Shown: piece after piece, positions 19,693 through 29,287 of the stretch
Layout of the letters: each line of letters starts with the position of its first letter
How positions within the stretch are numbered: position 1 is the stretch's first letter
Source: an uncultured Acidobacteriota bacterium
GTDB taxonomy: Bacteria; Acidobacteriota; Thermoanaerobaculia; Multivoradales; JAHEKO01
Assembly (NCBI GenBank): GCA_963713825.1
Contig: CAVQNG010000004.1
Location: 64,001 to 128,000 of the forward strand
DNA: 64,000 bases
Direction: 5' to 3'
Program-made: the position numbers and the translations under genes
The notes under the pieces: model-generated
The model's input: only the letters and a program-made list of their open reading frames with translations
The model's database searches: none
Told to the model about the DNA's origin: nothing

Positions 19693-21126
19693 TTGATCCA
19701 TCAACGCCACCGAATGACGGTCACCAGCTATTTTCTCAGTGACCTGCTGGCAACGTTGGCTGCCTTCTTCGCCGCCTGGTACCTGCGTTTCGGTACCGGC
19801 ATCTTTCCGGTTCGACACCTACCGGAATTCGAGCGCTACCTATTACTCCTGCCGATCATTCTGCTGCTCTGGCCGATCGTGCTCTACTTCCATGGCCTCT
19901 ATCAGATCCGCCGAGGCAGGACACGGGTCGATGAAGCGCTGACCATCTTCATTGCGGTGTTGCTGGCCACCGTGCTGCTGGGGTCCTTCATTACGTGGGT
20001 CCGACCCGCTGGCTATCCCAGGCCGGACGGCACCCTGGAACCATTCACCTACAGTCGTGGATTCCTGGCCATCTTCGCTGGCTTGAATCTGTTTTTGCTG
20101 GTTGTCGGTCGGAATGTGATTCGGGACATCTTGACCGTCGTCCGACTGAAGGGTCAGAACCTGCAGCGCATCCTCATCCTGGGAGCCGGGGCGCTGGGCA
20201 AGGAAGTCACAAAGAAGCTACAAAACCACCGAGAGCTCGGTCTCAGCGTTGTCGGCTTTCTCGACGACGACCCTGGGAAGTCCAAACGCAAGATCTCTGG
20301 CGTGCCTGTACTCGGCAAGCTCAGCCAGGTCGACGAGGTCATCGAGCGCGAGAACATCGACCAGATCTACATCGCTTTGCCACTCGAGGCACATAAGAAG
20401 ATGATGCAGATCCTGCAGTCGATCGGGCGCGAATGCGTCGAAGTTCGTCTGGTTCCGGACATCCTCCAGTACGCCACGCTCAAGGCAACGTTGGAGGATC
20501 TGGACGGCACGCCGGTCATCAACCTTTCACAGGTTCCGCTCCAGGGCTGGAGCAGTCTGGTGAAGCGCGGCATGGACATCGGCGTTGCGACGGCGGCGAT
20601 GGTCGTCTTGTTGCCATTCCTGCCCTTTGTCGCCCTGGGTATCTGGCTTGAAGACCGGGGTCCACTGTTCTACCGACAGGAAAGAATGGGCCTCGATGGG
20701 CGCTCTTTCATGATGCTCAAGTTTCGCTCCATGAGGGTCAACGCCGAGTCGACGACCGGACCGGTCTGGGCGACCAGGGGTGATCCGAGGCGGACCCGAA
20801 TCGGCGCCTTCCTGAGGCATTGGTCCCTCGACGAGCTACCGCAGCTGTGGAATGTCTTCAAGGGCGAGATGTCCATCATCGGCCCCCGCCCCGAGCGGCC
20901 TGCGTTCGTCCACGAGTTCAAGCACCGGATCCCGCAGTACATGCTGCGCCATCGAGTCCGGGCCGGAATCACCGGTTGGGCCCAGGTACACGGCTGGCGA
21001 GGCAACACCTCCATCCGCAAGCGGATTCAATACGACCTCTACTACATCGAAAATTGGTCGCTCAAGCTGGATCTGAAGATCTTGTGGATGACCTTTCGGC
21101 ACGGCCTGCGGCACAACGCCTATTGA
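19693..21126 (+). CDS. Undecaprenyl-phosphate sugar phosphotransferase (WcaJ/WbaP-like priming glycosyltransferase)
   Basis: N-terminal TM segments, ILGAG, VGFLDD, KFRSM, SLDELPQLWNV, GPRPE, GITGWAQV and YDLYYIENWS. Confidence 0.94.
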   Translation: MIHQRHRMTVTSYFLSDLLATLAAFFAAWYLRFGTGIFPVRHLPEFERYLLLLPIILLLWPIVLYFHGLYQIRRGRTRVDEALTIFIAVLLATVLLGSFITWVRPAGYPRPDGTLEPFTYSRGFLAIFAGLNLFLLVVGRNVIRDILTVVRLKGQNLQRILILGAGALGKEVTKKLQNHRELGLSVVGFLDDDPGKSKRKISGVPVLGKLSQVDEVIERENIDQIYIALPLEAHKKMMQILQSIGRECVEVRLVPDILQYATLKATLEDLDGTPVINLSQVPLQGWSSLVKRGMDIGVATAAMVVLLPFLPFVALGIWLEDRGPLFYRQERMGLDGRSFMMLKFRSMRVNAESTTGPVWATRGDPRRTRIGAFLRHWSLDELPQLWNVFKGEMSIIGPRPERPAFVHEFKHRIPQYMLRHRVRAGITGWAQVHGWRGNTSIRKRIQYDLYYIENWSLKLDLKILWMTFRHGLRHNAY

Positions 21127-23264
21127 CCCGTCGTTGGGTTTGCGACTCCCTCTTGCTTCGTATCTAGGTGGGTCGACGCCGGCTCCCGCCGACCCAGACT
21201 CCTGACCGCATCTCGCAATACCTGTTTGAGCTCGCGACGCTCCTCGTCGTTCAACTCTCTGCCGCCGAAACTCTCCTGGAGGTAGAGCTCCACCAGGCGA
21301 TTCGTGGAGACCTCGGCGACAGGTTTCTGCCGCCCGACCCGCGCCGCGAGCTCGAGCGGCGGCACCGAATCGGTGAGAGCCAGTTCGGGCTCTTTCTCCA
21401 GCCGGGTCCGGAGTTGGCGATAGGCTCTGGAGCCGGAAAAAGCCGGGCGATGCCGCCATGTCCACCAAGCTGCGAGAGACAGCAACAGGACCAGCGGCAG
21501 TACCTGGACAGCGCTGGGCTGCCAGTCGAACTCCGAACCCTCCGGTTGCTCTTCGGCCTCATTCTCGAGGCTCGATCTGGCCGGCGTGTCTGGCTGCTTC
21601 TCCTCTTTGGCTCTACCATCCCAGAGCTGCGACCAGAAGACGGCCAATCGCCGGGCAATGCCCAACTGGTCGTAAAACCCAAAGGTCAGAACGTAGCGAT
21701 CCCACCGGAAGAGAAGGTAGTCGTAGGCCTGCGAAGCCAACAGACTCCAACCCAGCTTGGCACTGGCTGGCAGTCCCGACGGCGGCGTCGGATCGAACGT
21801 CGTCCACCCTTGTTCGGGTAGATAGGCCTCCACCCAGGCGTGCGCGTTGCTCTGTCGGACCACAAAATAGTCCTCGAACGGGTTGTACTCGCCACCGAGA
21901 TAACCCGTCACCAGGCGCGCTGGCACTCCCACTGCTCGCACCATGAGCACCATCGACGAAGCGAAATACTCGCAATGCCCCCGTTGCCATTCGAAGAGGA
22001 AGTCCTCGACGGGCGATGTGCTGCGAATACCCAGAAGATCGAGAGAGTAGGTGTATTCCCGCATCAAGTACTCTTGAATCCGCCTCACCTGCTCAGCTGG
22101 CTCGCCGACTCCCGCAACTTCAGTGGCAAGGGCCGCAATCCGCGCCCCGCTCTCCTCCTGCGCCTCTTCGTCCAAGGGCGGGGGCGGAGGTAGCCCGGAG
22201 CTCAGGCGTAGCTCGGCAGAAGGAGCCAAACCGACCCGGTAGCGAATGGTGCCGGGCTGCTGGATTTGGAGGTGCGTCAGACCGCCATCGTCCAGATTCA
22301 TGGTGGGGGTGGCAGTATCGACCGTCAGGGCCTCGATGGGCAAGACCAGCCCGACACTCGCCACCGGCTCGAGCCAGACCCCGAGCCACGAGCGCGATTG
22401 GCCATCGGCGACATGGAAGAAGCCATCCCTTTGGCGAGCGAGCCGTTGCGTGCGAACCTTGCCTCGAGACCACGCATCGCCACGAAAGTCGTTGTAGACG
22501 GCGGCCCGAAATCGCATCTCGTGACCACTCGGTGGGGGTGTTTCGTACTCCAACCGCATGGCAACGGCGCGACTGGCCCGCGCCCGGCCGATCACATCCA
22601 TGCCGATCTGTTCGAGGAATCGCGCACTCTGCATCGCCCCACCGACGCCCCCTCCAGGCCCAACCAGGTAGGGCTTGCCGAGCCGGGGCAGCAGCGCGAA
22701 CAGGGGCACCGCTAGCGCCAGGGTCAGAAGGCTGCCCACGACCAGGAAGCGTTTCAGCGGCACGGGCGTCAGAGTGTCTCCTGTCAGCCCCTGATTGCTG
22801 AGGACATGGAAGACCGCGAAACGGGCCAGCAGAAGCAGGCTCAGCACCAGAAAAGCGATCATGTAGAGAGCCACCGTCGGATGGACGCTGGTTCCCATGG
22901 ACGCCAAGAAGACGAAGAAGATCAGTAGATAGACGTGCCACTTGTCCTTCTCGCGCTTGAGCCCGAACAGTTTGACTGCGAGGGCGAACAGCGCCAGATG
23001 CAACAGGGGTCGGAGCACCCGACCCTGCCAGAAGACGGAGAAATCGAGCAAAAGAAACGGCACGTAAACCAGGCCCAGGAGGTTCATCGCCCAGCTTGGC
23101 AGCGGCCTCGTCTGGCCTGTCAGGCTGCGGCGAAGAAACAGCGCGACGGCCAGCGAGAAGACGACGATGGATGGCCAACCGACAATTTCATTGAAGGGCA
23201 GGGGAATGGGTGCCAGCAGCGCCAAAACGGCCAGCAGGACTCTCTTTCTGAGGTCGAAGCTCAC
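21120..23264 (-). CDS. TgpA-like membrane transglutaminase (DUF3488 + transglutaminase core)
   Basis: Multi-TM N-terminus; GHCEYFAS, HAWVE and DPTP give a Cys-His-Asp triad; C-terminal TM segment. Confidence 0.9.
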   Translation of the reverse strand: MSFDLRKRVLLAVLALLAPIPLPFNEIVGWPSIVVFSLAVALFLRRSLTGQTRPLPSWAMNLLGLVYVPFLLLDFSVFWQGRVLRPLLHLALFALAVKLFGLKREKDKWHVYLLIFFVFLASMGTSVHPTVALYMIAFLVLSLLLLARFAVFHVLSNQGLTGDTLTPVPLKRFLVVGSLLTLALAVPLFALLPRLGKPYLVGPGGGVGGAMQSARFLEQIGMDVIGRARASRAVAMRLEYETPPPSGHEMRFRAAVYNDFRGDAWSRGKVRTQRLARQRDGFFHVADGQSRSWLGVWLEPVASVGLVLPIEALTVDTATPTMNLDDGGLTHLQIQQPGTIRYRVGLAPSAELRLSSGLPPPPPLDEEAQEESGARIAALATEVAGVGEPAEQVRRIQEYLMREYTYSLDLLGIRSTSPVEDFLFEWQRGHCEYFASSMVLMVRAVGVPARLVTGYLGGEYNPFEDYFVVRQSNAHAWVEAYLPEQGWTTFDPTPPSGLPASAKLGWSLLASQAYDYLLFRWDRYVLTFGFYDQLGIARRLAVFWSQLWDGRAKEEKQPDTPARSSLENEAEEQPEGSEFDWQPSAVQVLPLVLLLSLAAWWTWRHRPAFSGSRAYRQLRTRLEKEPELALTDSVPPLELAARVGRQKPVAEVSTNRLVELYLQESFGGRELNDEERRELKQVLRDAVRSLGRREPASTHLDTKQEGVANPTTGQ

Positions 23265-24262
23265 GAGCTCGCCCCTGCCATGTCGAGGCTGAGCGCCGGA
23301 GTAGCGGGGTCACTTCCCGCAAGGGGATACGGCTGGCGCCCGACAGGCGGCAGCAGAGCCAAAGCCTCCAGAATCCTGCGACGCTGACCACGCCCCCGAC
23401 CGAAGCCTATGACCTCGTTCCGCGTCACCAGCTCGACCTCGTAATCCCGTTCCAAGTAGTAGTGGGCAGCCGTTGCCGCTTCGCTGACCAGCTCCTCGAA
23501 CGCCTCTTGCCTCGAAGGGCTGTCCAGGTCGCCGACCGCATTGTCGAGCACGATCGAAAGGCGCTCACCAGTCTCCGCCTCCCGCTCCATGTAGACCATC
23601 TCGCCGGTCCGGGCAGTCTGCTTCCAGTGGACTCCTCGCCGATCGTCGCCGTGTCGAAAAGCCCTCAGGCTGTGCAGCTCGGGACCGACCCCGATCCTGC
23701 GAGCCGACTGCTCGCCCGCTCCTCCCAGCCCCTTTTGCCGAAACTCGATCGAGTCACGAATCTCCGGATAGACCAGCAACTCGAGGTCGACCCGGTATCT
23801 CATTCCCTTGCGGAAGAGACCCAGAGGGAAGATCGATGCCAAGTGCGCGTGCTCGAGTTGTAGGATTCCCCTGCCTGTCGCGGTCAGCTCGAGGTTGCCG
23901 GCGAAGCTGGAGCGACGCGGTAGGAAGGGCACCAGCACGGACCTGGCCTGTCCGGTCCCGGTCAGGACCAACAGCCACCGCGGCCAGAAGTGTCCCCGGT
24001 TCCGCAGATCGAAGCCGATATCGAAAGGCTCTTTGGCGTACACCTCTGGCGGCGGCTCGAACTCGACTTCGAGCTGGCGGAGATTCTGTCTCGAGATCAC
24101 CCCGGAGACGACGAGCAAAGACAGCATCGTCGCCTCGACGAGATAGAGAGCATTGTTGCCGGTGTTGGCAGCCGGGATCGCCACCAGGACTGTCAGGATG
24201 ATGAACCAGAGACCGACTTTGGTGATCCGAATGCCCTCAGGGACGGTCTTGCGCCGTGCCAT
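23261..24262 (-). CDS. DUF58 domain protein
   Basis: ANTGNN, FPLGLF and LRAFRHGDDRRGVHWKQTAR motifs; lies between MoxR and the transglutaminase. Confidence 0.9.
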   Translation of the reverse strand: MARRKTVPEGIRITKVGLWFIILTVLVAIPAANTGNNALYLVEATMLSLLVVSGVISRQNLRQLEVEFEPPPEVYAKEPFDIGFDLRNRGHFWPRWLLVLTGTGQARSVLVPFLPRRSSFAGNLELTATGRGILQLEHAHLASIFPLGLFRKGMRYRVDLELLVYPEIRDSIEFRQKGLGGAGEQSARRIGVGPELHSLRAFRHGDDRRGVHWKQTARTGEMVYMEREAETGERLSIVLDNAVGDLDSPSRQEAFEELVSEAATAAHYYLERDYEVELVTRNEVIGFGRGRGQRRRILEALALLPPVGRQPYPLAGSDPATPALSLDMAGASS

Positions 24263-25230
24263 CAGACAGGAATCGGAACCGAGTCCACAACCTTGGCGAC
24301 AGCGTGCCTCGCGGCCTCCAGACCACCGCCGCCATTCTTGAGGAGAACCCGATGAGCGAGCACGGGCGTAGCCACTCTCTGCACATCGTCCGGTGTCGCG
24401 AAGGATCGCCCCTCGCAGAGCGCCATGGCCTGCGCGGAGCGGTAGAGATTCTGTACTCCCCGCGTTGAAACGCCCAGGGCGAACAGTGCGGACTCACGAG
24501 TGGACTCGGCCAAAGAAAGGATGTAGTCGGTCAGCTTCTCGGCCACCAGGACCTCCTCGGCCCGGGCCTGGAGCTGCAGGACGTCTTCACAGCTCACCAC
24601 AGGTTCGAGCTCTGCCAGAACCCGTTCGACTCCGCCCGAGATGAGGAGCTCCCGCTCTTGCGCTCGCGGTGGATAGCCGAGCCGCAGCGACATCATGAAT
24701 CGATCCAGTTGGGACTCGGGAAGTGGAAAGGTGCCGACATACTCGAGCGGATTCTGGGTTGCCAGGACGATGAACGGCTCCGGCAATGGATGTCGCTCGC
24801 GGTCGATCGTCACATGGCGCTCGCTCATGGCTTCCAACAACGCCGACTGCGTCTTGGGACTGGCGCGGTTGATCTCGTCAGCCAGTACGACGTTGGAGAA
24901 GATCGGACCCGGCACGTACTCGAACCGCTCACTGGCCTGTCGATAGATGGAGACTCCCACGATGTCCGACGGCAGCAGATCGCTGGTGAATTGGATCCTC
25001 TGGAAGGCGAGTCCCAGCGAGCTGGCCAGCGACTGCGCCAACGTTGTTTTGCCGACACCCGGAACATCCTCGATGAGGACGTGACCGCGGGCCAATAGGC
25101 AAACCACCGCCTGCCGAATGACATCGCCCTTGCCTTTCACCACAGAACCCACCTGACGCTCGAGCCGAGCGATCAGGTCTGCGGCCACAGCCTCGTGGGT
25201 GGTAGTGGCGGGGCGTTGGTTCGCGGTCAT
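24262..25230 (-). CDS. MoxR family AAA+ ATPase
   Basis: DVPGVGKT, RIQFTSDLLPSD, LADEINR, ATQNP and LPESQLDRF motifs. Confidence 0.95.
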   Translation of the reverse strand: MTANQRPATTTHEAVAADLIARLERQVGSVVKGKGDVIRQAVVCLLARGHVLIEDVPGVGKTTLAQSLASSLGLAFQRIQFTSDLLPSDIVGVSIYRQASERFEYVPGPIFSNVVLADEINRASPKTQSALLEAMSERHVTIDRERHPLPEPFIVLATQNPLEYVGTFPLPESQLDRFMMSLRLGYPPRAQERELLISGGVERVLAELEPVVSCEDVLQLQARAEEVLVAEKLTDYILSLAESTRESALFALGVSTRGVQNLYRSAQAMALCEGRSFATPDDVQRVATPVLAHRVLLKNGGGGLEAARHAVAKVVDSVPIPV

Positions 25231-25314
25231 CGCATCTCCAGGCAGGCTCTCCGACGCGCGAGGTCGAAACCGGAGCTCCTCCCGGAGGAATTCAGCTACC
25301 CCAGGAGTTGGCGC

Positions 25315-25857
25315 TCAGGAGCCCGCAGCGAACTCCTTGTACTCGCTCCGCTCCTCTTCCGGTATTCCCTGACGGACCTCTACGAAGAAACCGTCACCCT
25401 CTTCATACGACACATCCTCCAATATGTGCGTGAATTGAGTCACATTGGCCTTCTCGATATCGGAGGTGTCGAACCAGACTCGCCAGTGGTCCTTCTCCTG
25501 ACCATCCGCAGCCGCCATCGAAATATCGACAGTGACGCCGGGCAGCTTCTCGTTGCTGTCGTGCTGGATCAGAATGTCGAGCAGGACTCGTTGACTGATG
25601 GCCACCGGCTCAAAATCAGCCTGCTCTTCCAAGACCTCCTCAACGGCTTCCACTTCTTCGGCCGGAGCATCGATCTCCCCGATCGGTGCCTCGATGATGG
25701 GCTCCTCCTCCACTACGAAACCGTTCAGTCTGGCCTTGTAGAGTGACCGCGTCTGGGCGGTCTTTTCAGCGGGAGAACTGGGGCCGCAGGCGGTGAGAGC
25801 CAGTCCGAGGAACAATACGGCTGCGCATACGATCGACCATCGACGTGGGTGGCTCAC
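25315..25857 (-). CDS. Putative lipoprotein of unknown function
   Basis: Signal peptide ending LTAC (lipobox); acidic E/A/P-rich segment. Confidence 0.75.
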   Translation of the reverse strand: MSHPRRWSIVCAAVLFLGLALTACGPSSPAEKTAQTRSLYKARLNGFVVEEEPIIEAPIGEIDAPAEEVEAVEEVLEEQADFEPVAISQRVLLDILIQHDSNEKLPGVTVDISMAAADGQEKDHWRVWFDTSDIEKANVTQFTHILEDVSYEEGDGFFVEVRQGIPEEERSEYKEFAAGS

Positions 25858-25913
25858 GAGGGACCTCCTGGATGCCGAGCTTGAGCATCATGACGGTTCT
25901 TGAGGGCTGTGAC

Positions 25914-26618
25914 TCAACGGAAGAGATTATAGCGAACGATGGCCCAAACGGCGGCCACTCCGTCTTTCCATCCGATCTTCTTGCCTTCCGCGTAGGTTCG
26001 ACCGGCGTAGGAGATCGGAACCTCGTAGATTCGCACCCGCTGTTTGGCGACTTTGGCGGTCATCTCGGGCTCGATGGCGAACCGGTTCGAGTTGAGCGTC
26101 AGCTTGTCGAGCACTTCCTTCCTGAACACCTTGTAGCCAGTCTCCATGTCGGACAGGTTCAGATCCGTGAACATGTTCGACAACAGGGTCAGAAGCTTGT
26201 TGCCCTGGTAGTGCCAGAAGAAGAGCACCCGATGCGGCCCGCCCAGGAACCTGGAGCCGTAGACGACATCCGCCCCTTCTTCCAACAGCGGTTGGAGAAG
26301 AACAGGATAGTCTCTGGGGTGATACTCGAGATCCGCATCCTGGACCAGGACGAAATCTCCAGTGGCGGCAGCAAAGCCGCTGCGCAAGGCCGCACCTTTG
26401 CCCTGGTTTTCCCCGTGCTTGACAAGCTTGAAGGCAACCTCGCCGCTGGCAGCGAGCTCCTCGAGCTTGGCCTGCGTGCCATCGGTCGAAGCGTCGTCCA
26501 CGACGACGATCTCCAAGTCCACACCATCGGGTAGCGCCGCAGCCCTCACTCGCTCGAGGACCCGCTCGATGGTCTTGACTTCGTTGAACGCGGGAATGAC
26601 GACAGTGAGCTTCTTCAT
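25914..26618 (-). CDS. Glycosyltransferase family 2 (DPM1-like)
   Basis: VIPAFNE, VDDASTDGT, NQGKGAA, QDADLEY, VYGSRF and DMETGYK motifs. Confidence 0.93.
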   Translation of the reverse strand: MKKLTVVIPAFNEVKTIERVLERVRAAALPDGVDLEIVVVDDASTDGTQAKLEELAASGEVAFKLVKHGENQGKGAALRSGFAAATGDFVLVQDADLEYHPRDYPVLLQPLLEEGADVVYGSRFLGGPHRVLFFWHYQGNKLLTLLSNMFTDLNLSDMETGYKVFRKEVLDKLTLNSNRFAIEPEMTAKVAKQRVRIYEVPISYAGRTYAEGKKIGWKDGVAAVWAIVRYNLFR

Positions 26619-26627
26619 GGCGCCCGC

Positions 26628-26633
26628 ATTATA
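26628..26633 (-). promoter_or_regulatory. Perfect -10 box (TATAAT) 9 nt upstream of the GT2 ATG
   Basis: Minus strand reads gcgcgcTATAATgcgggcgccATG with no Shine-Dalgarno sequence. Confidence 0.6.
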
Positions 26634-26706
26634 GCGCGCACCTCAGCTTCAAACCGCCGCATCCGGGACCGCAGAACAGGGCTTTCCGAGTCTTTCGAAG
26701 ACCGAG

Positions 26707-27720
26707 CTATCGCAGGGGTCGCTGATGGCTACCGCGGTTCAGGCAGGTCCCAGGGCCCTTGCTGCATGCCTTTTCAAAGATGGCCAGGAAAGACTCGTTG
26801 AGAATCGAGCTGCCGGTGAAATTCCCAGTCCCCCCCGTGGGCCCGTAGGAGACCACCCCAACGACCCTGTTGGCCGGTCCGTTGGCCCCGGATTGGCCGA
26901 TCGCTCTCTGCCCGAAGTTCTGAATCAGGGGCCCGCCGCTGGAACCCGCCAGCATGTCGGAGCCGTACACGGCCGTGTCATCGAAGCAGCACGCGGAATC
27001 GCCGCTCGTAACCTGATGAAGCTCCTCGCCGCCATCGTGATTGGAGGGAAATCCCAGGATGTGCACATGATTCGGCACCAGCGACTGGACTCTGAAGCCC
27101 AGCCAGCCGGTAGCTCTGCCAATGGTCCTACCTTCCTTGTCGTTGAGGACCAGGACACCGAAATCGGCCGCGTTCGGCAGCACATCGCTGGAGAGCTTCC
27201 AATCCTCGGTGACCGCCGCGAATTTGGCCGTCCAGACACCAAATGGGTACTGCCCGTTGTGGTAACCCGGAACAAAAGCGAAGTTGTCGTGGAACCGCTG
27301 CCGGACCGCATCGTAGACGCAATGGCCCGCTGTCAGGATGACCCGATTCGAGATCACCGAGGCCGAGCACACGAAGGTACCCTGCCGCGATTTGAAGAAC
27401 AGCCGGCCTACTGTCGTGTAGGGATAGGTTGTCCGGGCACTCCTCGGCACCAGGCGGGAGCTGCTGAACTGAAGATCTCGAGCCGGCAAGCTGACGGTGC
27501 CGTCTCCGGTTGTCCCCAGGTCATCCGCCAGAAGCTGCGACATCCGCGTTCGAGAGACCCGCGGCAGTGGCATATCCCGCGCCCTGCGCATGCGGTTCGA
27601 AGTCCAGTAGTCACGGTCGGATCGCAGGGAGGAGGAAACGACCTCTCTGCTTTGCGCTTGGAGAATTTCGGGAGCGGCGATTGTCAGGAGAAGCAGACCC
27701 AGTAGCAGATTCTTGATCAT
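26707..27720 (-). CDS. Secreted trypsin-like (S1/V8-type) serine protease
   Basis: Signal peptide from MIKNLLLG (ATG 27720); CSASVI, LTAGHC, DFG and GSSGGP motifs. Confidence 0.9.
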   Translation of the reverse strand: MIKNLLLGLLLLTIAAPEILQAQSREVVSSSLRSDRDYWTSNRMRRARDMPLPRVSRTRMSQLLADDLGTTGDGTVSLPARDLQFSSSRLVPRSARTTYPYTTVGRLFFKSRQGTFVCSASVISNRVILTAGHCVYDAVRQRFHDNFAFVPGYHNGQYPFGVWTAKFAAVTEDWKLSSDVLPNAADFGVLVLNDKEGRTIGRATGWLGFRVQSLVPNHVHILGFPSNHDGGEELHQVTSGDSACCFDDTAVYGSDMLAGSSGGPLIQNFGQRAIGQSGANGPANRVVGVVSYGPTGGTGNFTGSSILNESFLAIFEKACSKGPGTCLNRGSHQRPLR

Positions 27721-27848
27721 CGCAACCGACCCCTTTCTCAGCAGTTCTTGCCGACGAACCAACGATTCAGTATAGCAAGTGGATCCCTGCGGCCTGTGTC
27801 GCACACGGCTCACTTCCACCCCTGTGCGGGTCGCGGAAGTCAGTCGAC

Positions 27849-29207
27849 CTACTGGATGTAGCCGAGAGCGCGCAGCTCGTCGAGAGTGGAATCGGCGGGC
27901 GCCACCACCTCCGGCACCAGTGGCTGACGGGATTCGAGGGCCTCTTGCAGTGCCGAGGTGAGGCGCTCTGCCGCCTCGACCCCGCTGCCGGTCGCACTTC
28001 CGTACCACTGCTCGTCAGGGTCTCGGGACAGGTCGAAGAGGTCCGTGTCGATGAGCTTCCAGTCTGGTTGTCGAACCGAAGTGGCCCCACTCTGTGTTGG
28101 GGGACGATCGAGCCGACTGATCGCGACCATCTCGGCCTCCTGCTCGTCACCGATTCGGGTACCCAGATCGACACCAGAGAACACCTCGGGAATCTCGAGA
28201 CCAGCAGCGGCCACCACCGTCGGAGGTATGTCAATGCCTCGAACCTGGGCGGCTACCCGCTGACCCGCATGAGTCGAGGCGGGAAGCTTGACGACAAGCG
28301 GTACCCTCAACAGCTCGTCATACAGCGTGTGGGAGTGCCAGCCGACAACCCCATGCTCGCCGAACTCCTCACCGTGATCGGAGGTAAAGACGATCAGGGT
28401 GTTGTCATACTGATCGCTGTCCTTCAGAAACCGGATCAGGATCGCCAGACCATCGTCGGCCGACCGAATCTCGGCATCGTAGGCGCTGAGAACATGCGGC
28501 AAATCCCGCGCGGCGTCGAACTCGATCTCGCCCCGATTGATCTCCCGGAGCAGATCGATGCTGATGTCGTCTGGCAGAGGCCCGGAGTAGCCCTCGTCGA
28601 AGAGCTCGAGATAGTCCTTCCGAGGGGTGTAGGGATGGTGAACCTCATACGAATGAAGGAAGAGGAAGAAGGGCCTTTCATCGGCGCTCTCGAGCCAATC
28701 CAAACCCGCTCTCACAGTGCCGGAAAACTTCTCGGACGAAGGCTGATTGTAGAGCTCGAAACCCTGATCGAGACCGAAAACCCGATCCATCTGTCCACCA
28801 CCGGAGAAGGCTGCGGTGCGATAGCCCGCCTCCTGGAGGACCTCAGCAACGGTCAGCGCCTCTTCGGCAAGCCGAGTCTTGCCCGACCAGGTGGCCAAGT
28901 GGTGATGAGGCAAGAGCGAGGTCAGCATCGAGGCGTGAGAGTGGAGCGTCGAGGGGGCCTGGGCTATCGCCTGCTCGAAGACCACGGCGTCATCGCACAG
29001 AAGATCCAGGGCCGGACTCGTGTCCTTCTCGTAGCCGTAGCAACCCAGGTGATCGGGCCGGAGTGTGTCGATCGAGATCAAGATGACGTTCGTGGGTCGC
29101 TCGTTCAACCCGGGATCGGCATCCCTGCCGCCACAGGAGCTCATGAGCCCGCTCGCTGTCACTGAAGAGGCCAGGAGCAACCTGACGATGGTCTGTCGAG
29201 CTTTCAC
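27849..29207 (-). CDS. Sulfatase-like (alkaline phosphatase superfamily) lipoprotein
   Basis: NVILISIDTLRPDHL, FLFLH..HHPY and TSDHGE motifs; signal ending MSSC. Start placed at GTG 29207. Confidence 0.87.
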   Translation of the reverse strand: MKARQTIVRLLLASSVTASGLMSSCGGRDADPGLNERPTNVILISIDTLRPDHLGCYGYEKDTSPALDLLCDDAVVFEQAIAQAPSTLHSHASMLTSLLPHHHLATWSGKTRLAEEALTVAEVLQEAGYRTAAFSGGGQMDRVFGLDQGFELYNQPSSEKFSGTVRAGLDWLESADERPFFLFLHSYEVHHPYTPRKDYLELFDEGYSGPLPDDISIDLLREINRGEIEFDAARDLPHVLSAYDAEIRSADDGLAILIRFLKDSDQYDNTLIVFTSDHGEEFGEHGVVGWHSHTLYDELLRVPLVVKLPASTHAGQRVAAQVRGIDIPPTVVAAAGLEIPEVFSGVDLGTRIGDEQEAEMVAISRLDRPPTQSGATSVRQPDWKLIDTDLFDLSRDPDEQWYGSATGSGVEAAERLTSALQEALESRQPLVPEVVAPADSTLDELRALGYIQ

Positions 29208-29287
29208 GATCGATTCTCGGATTTTCGTTGTGTCCCAAAGGCAATGCTGGCCGAAAGCGGCGGGAATCGTAGCACAGACAATACCCG

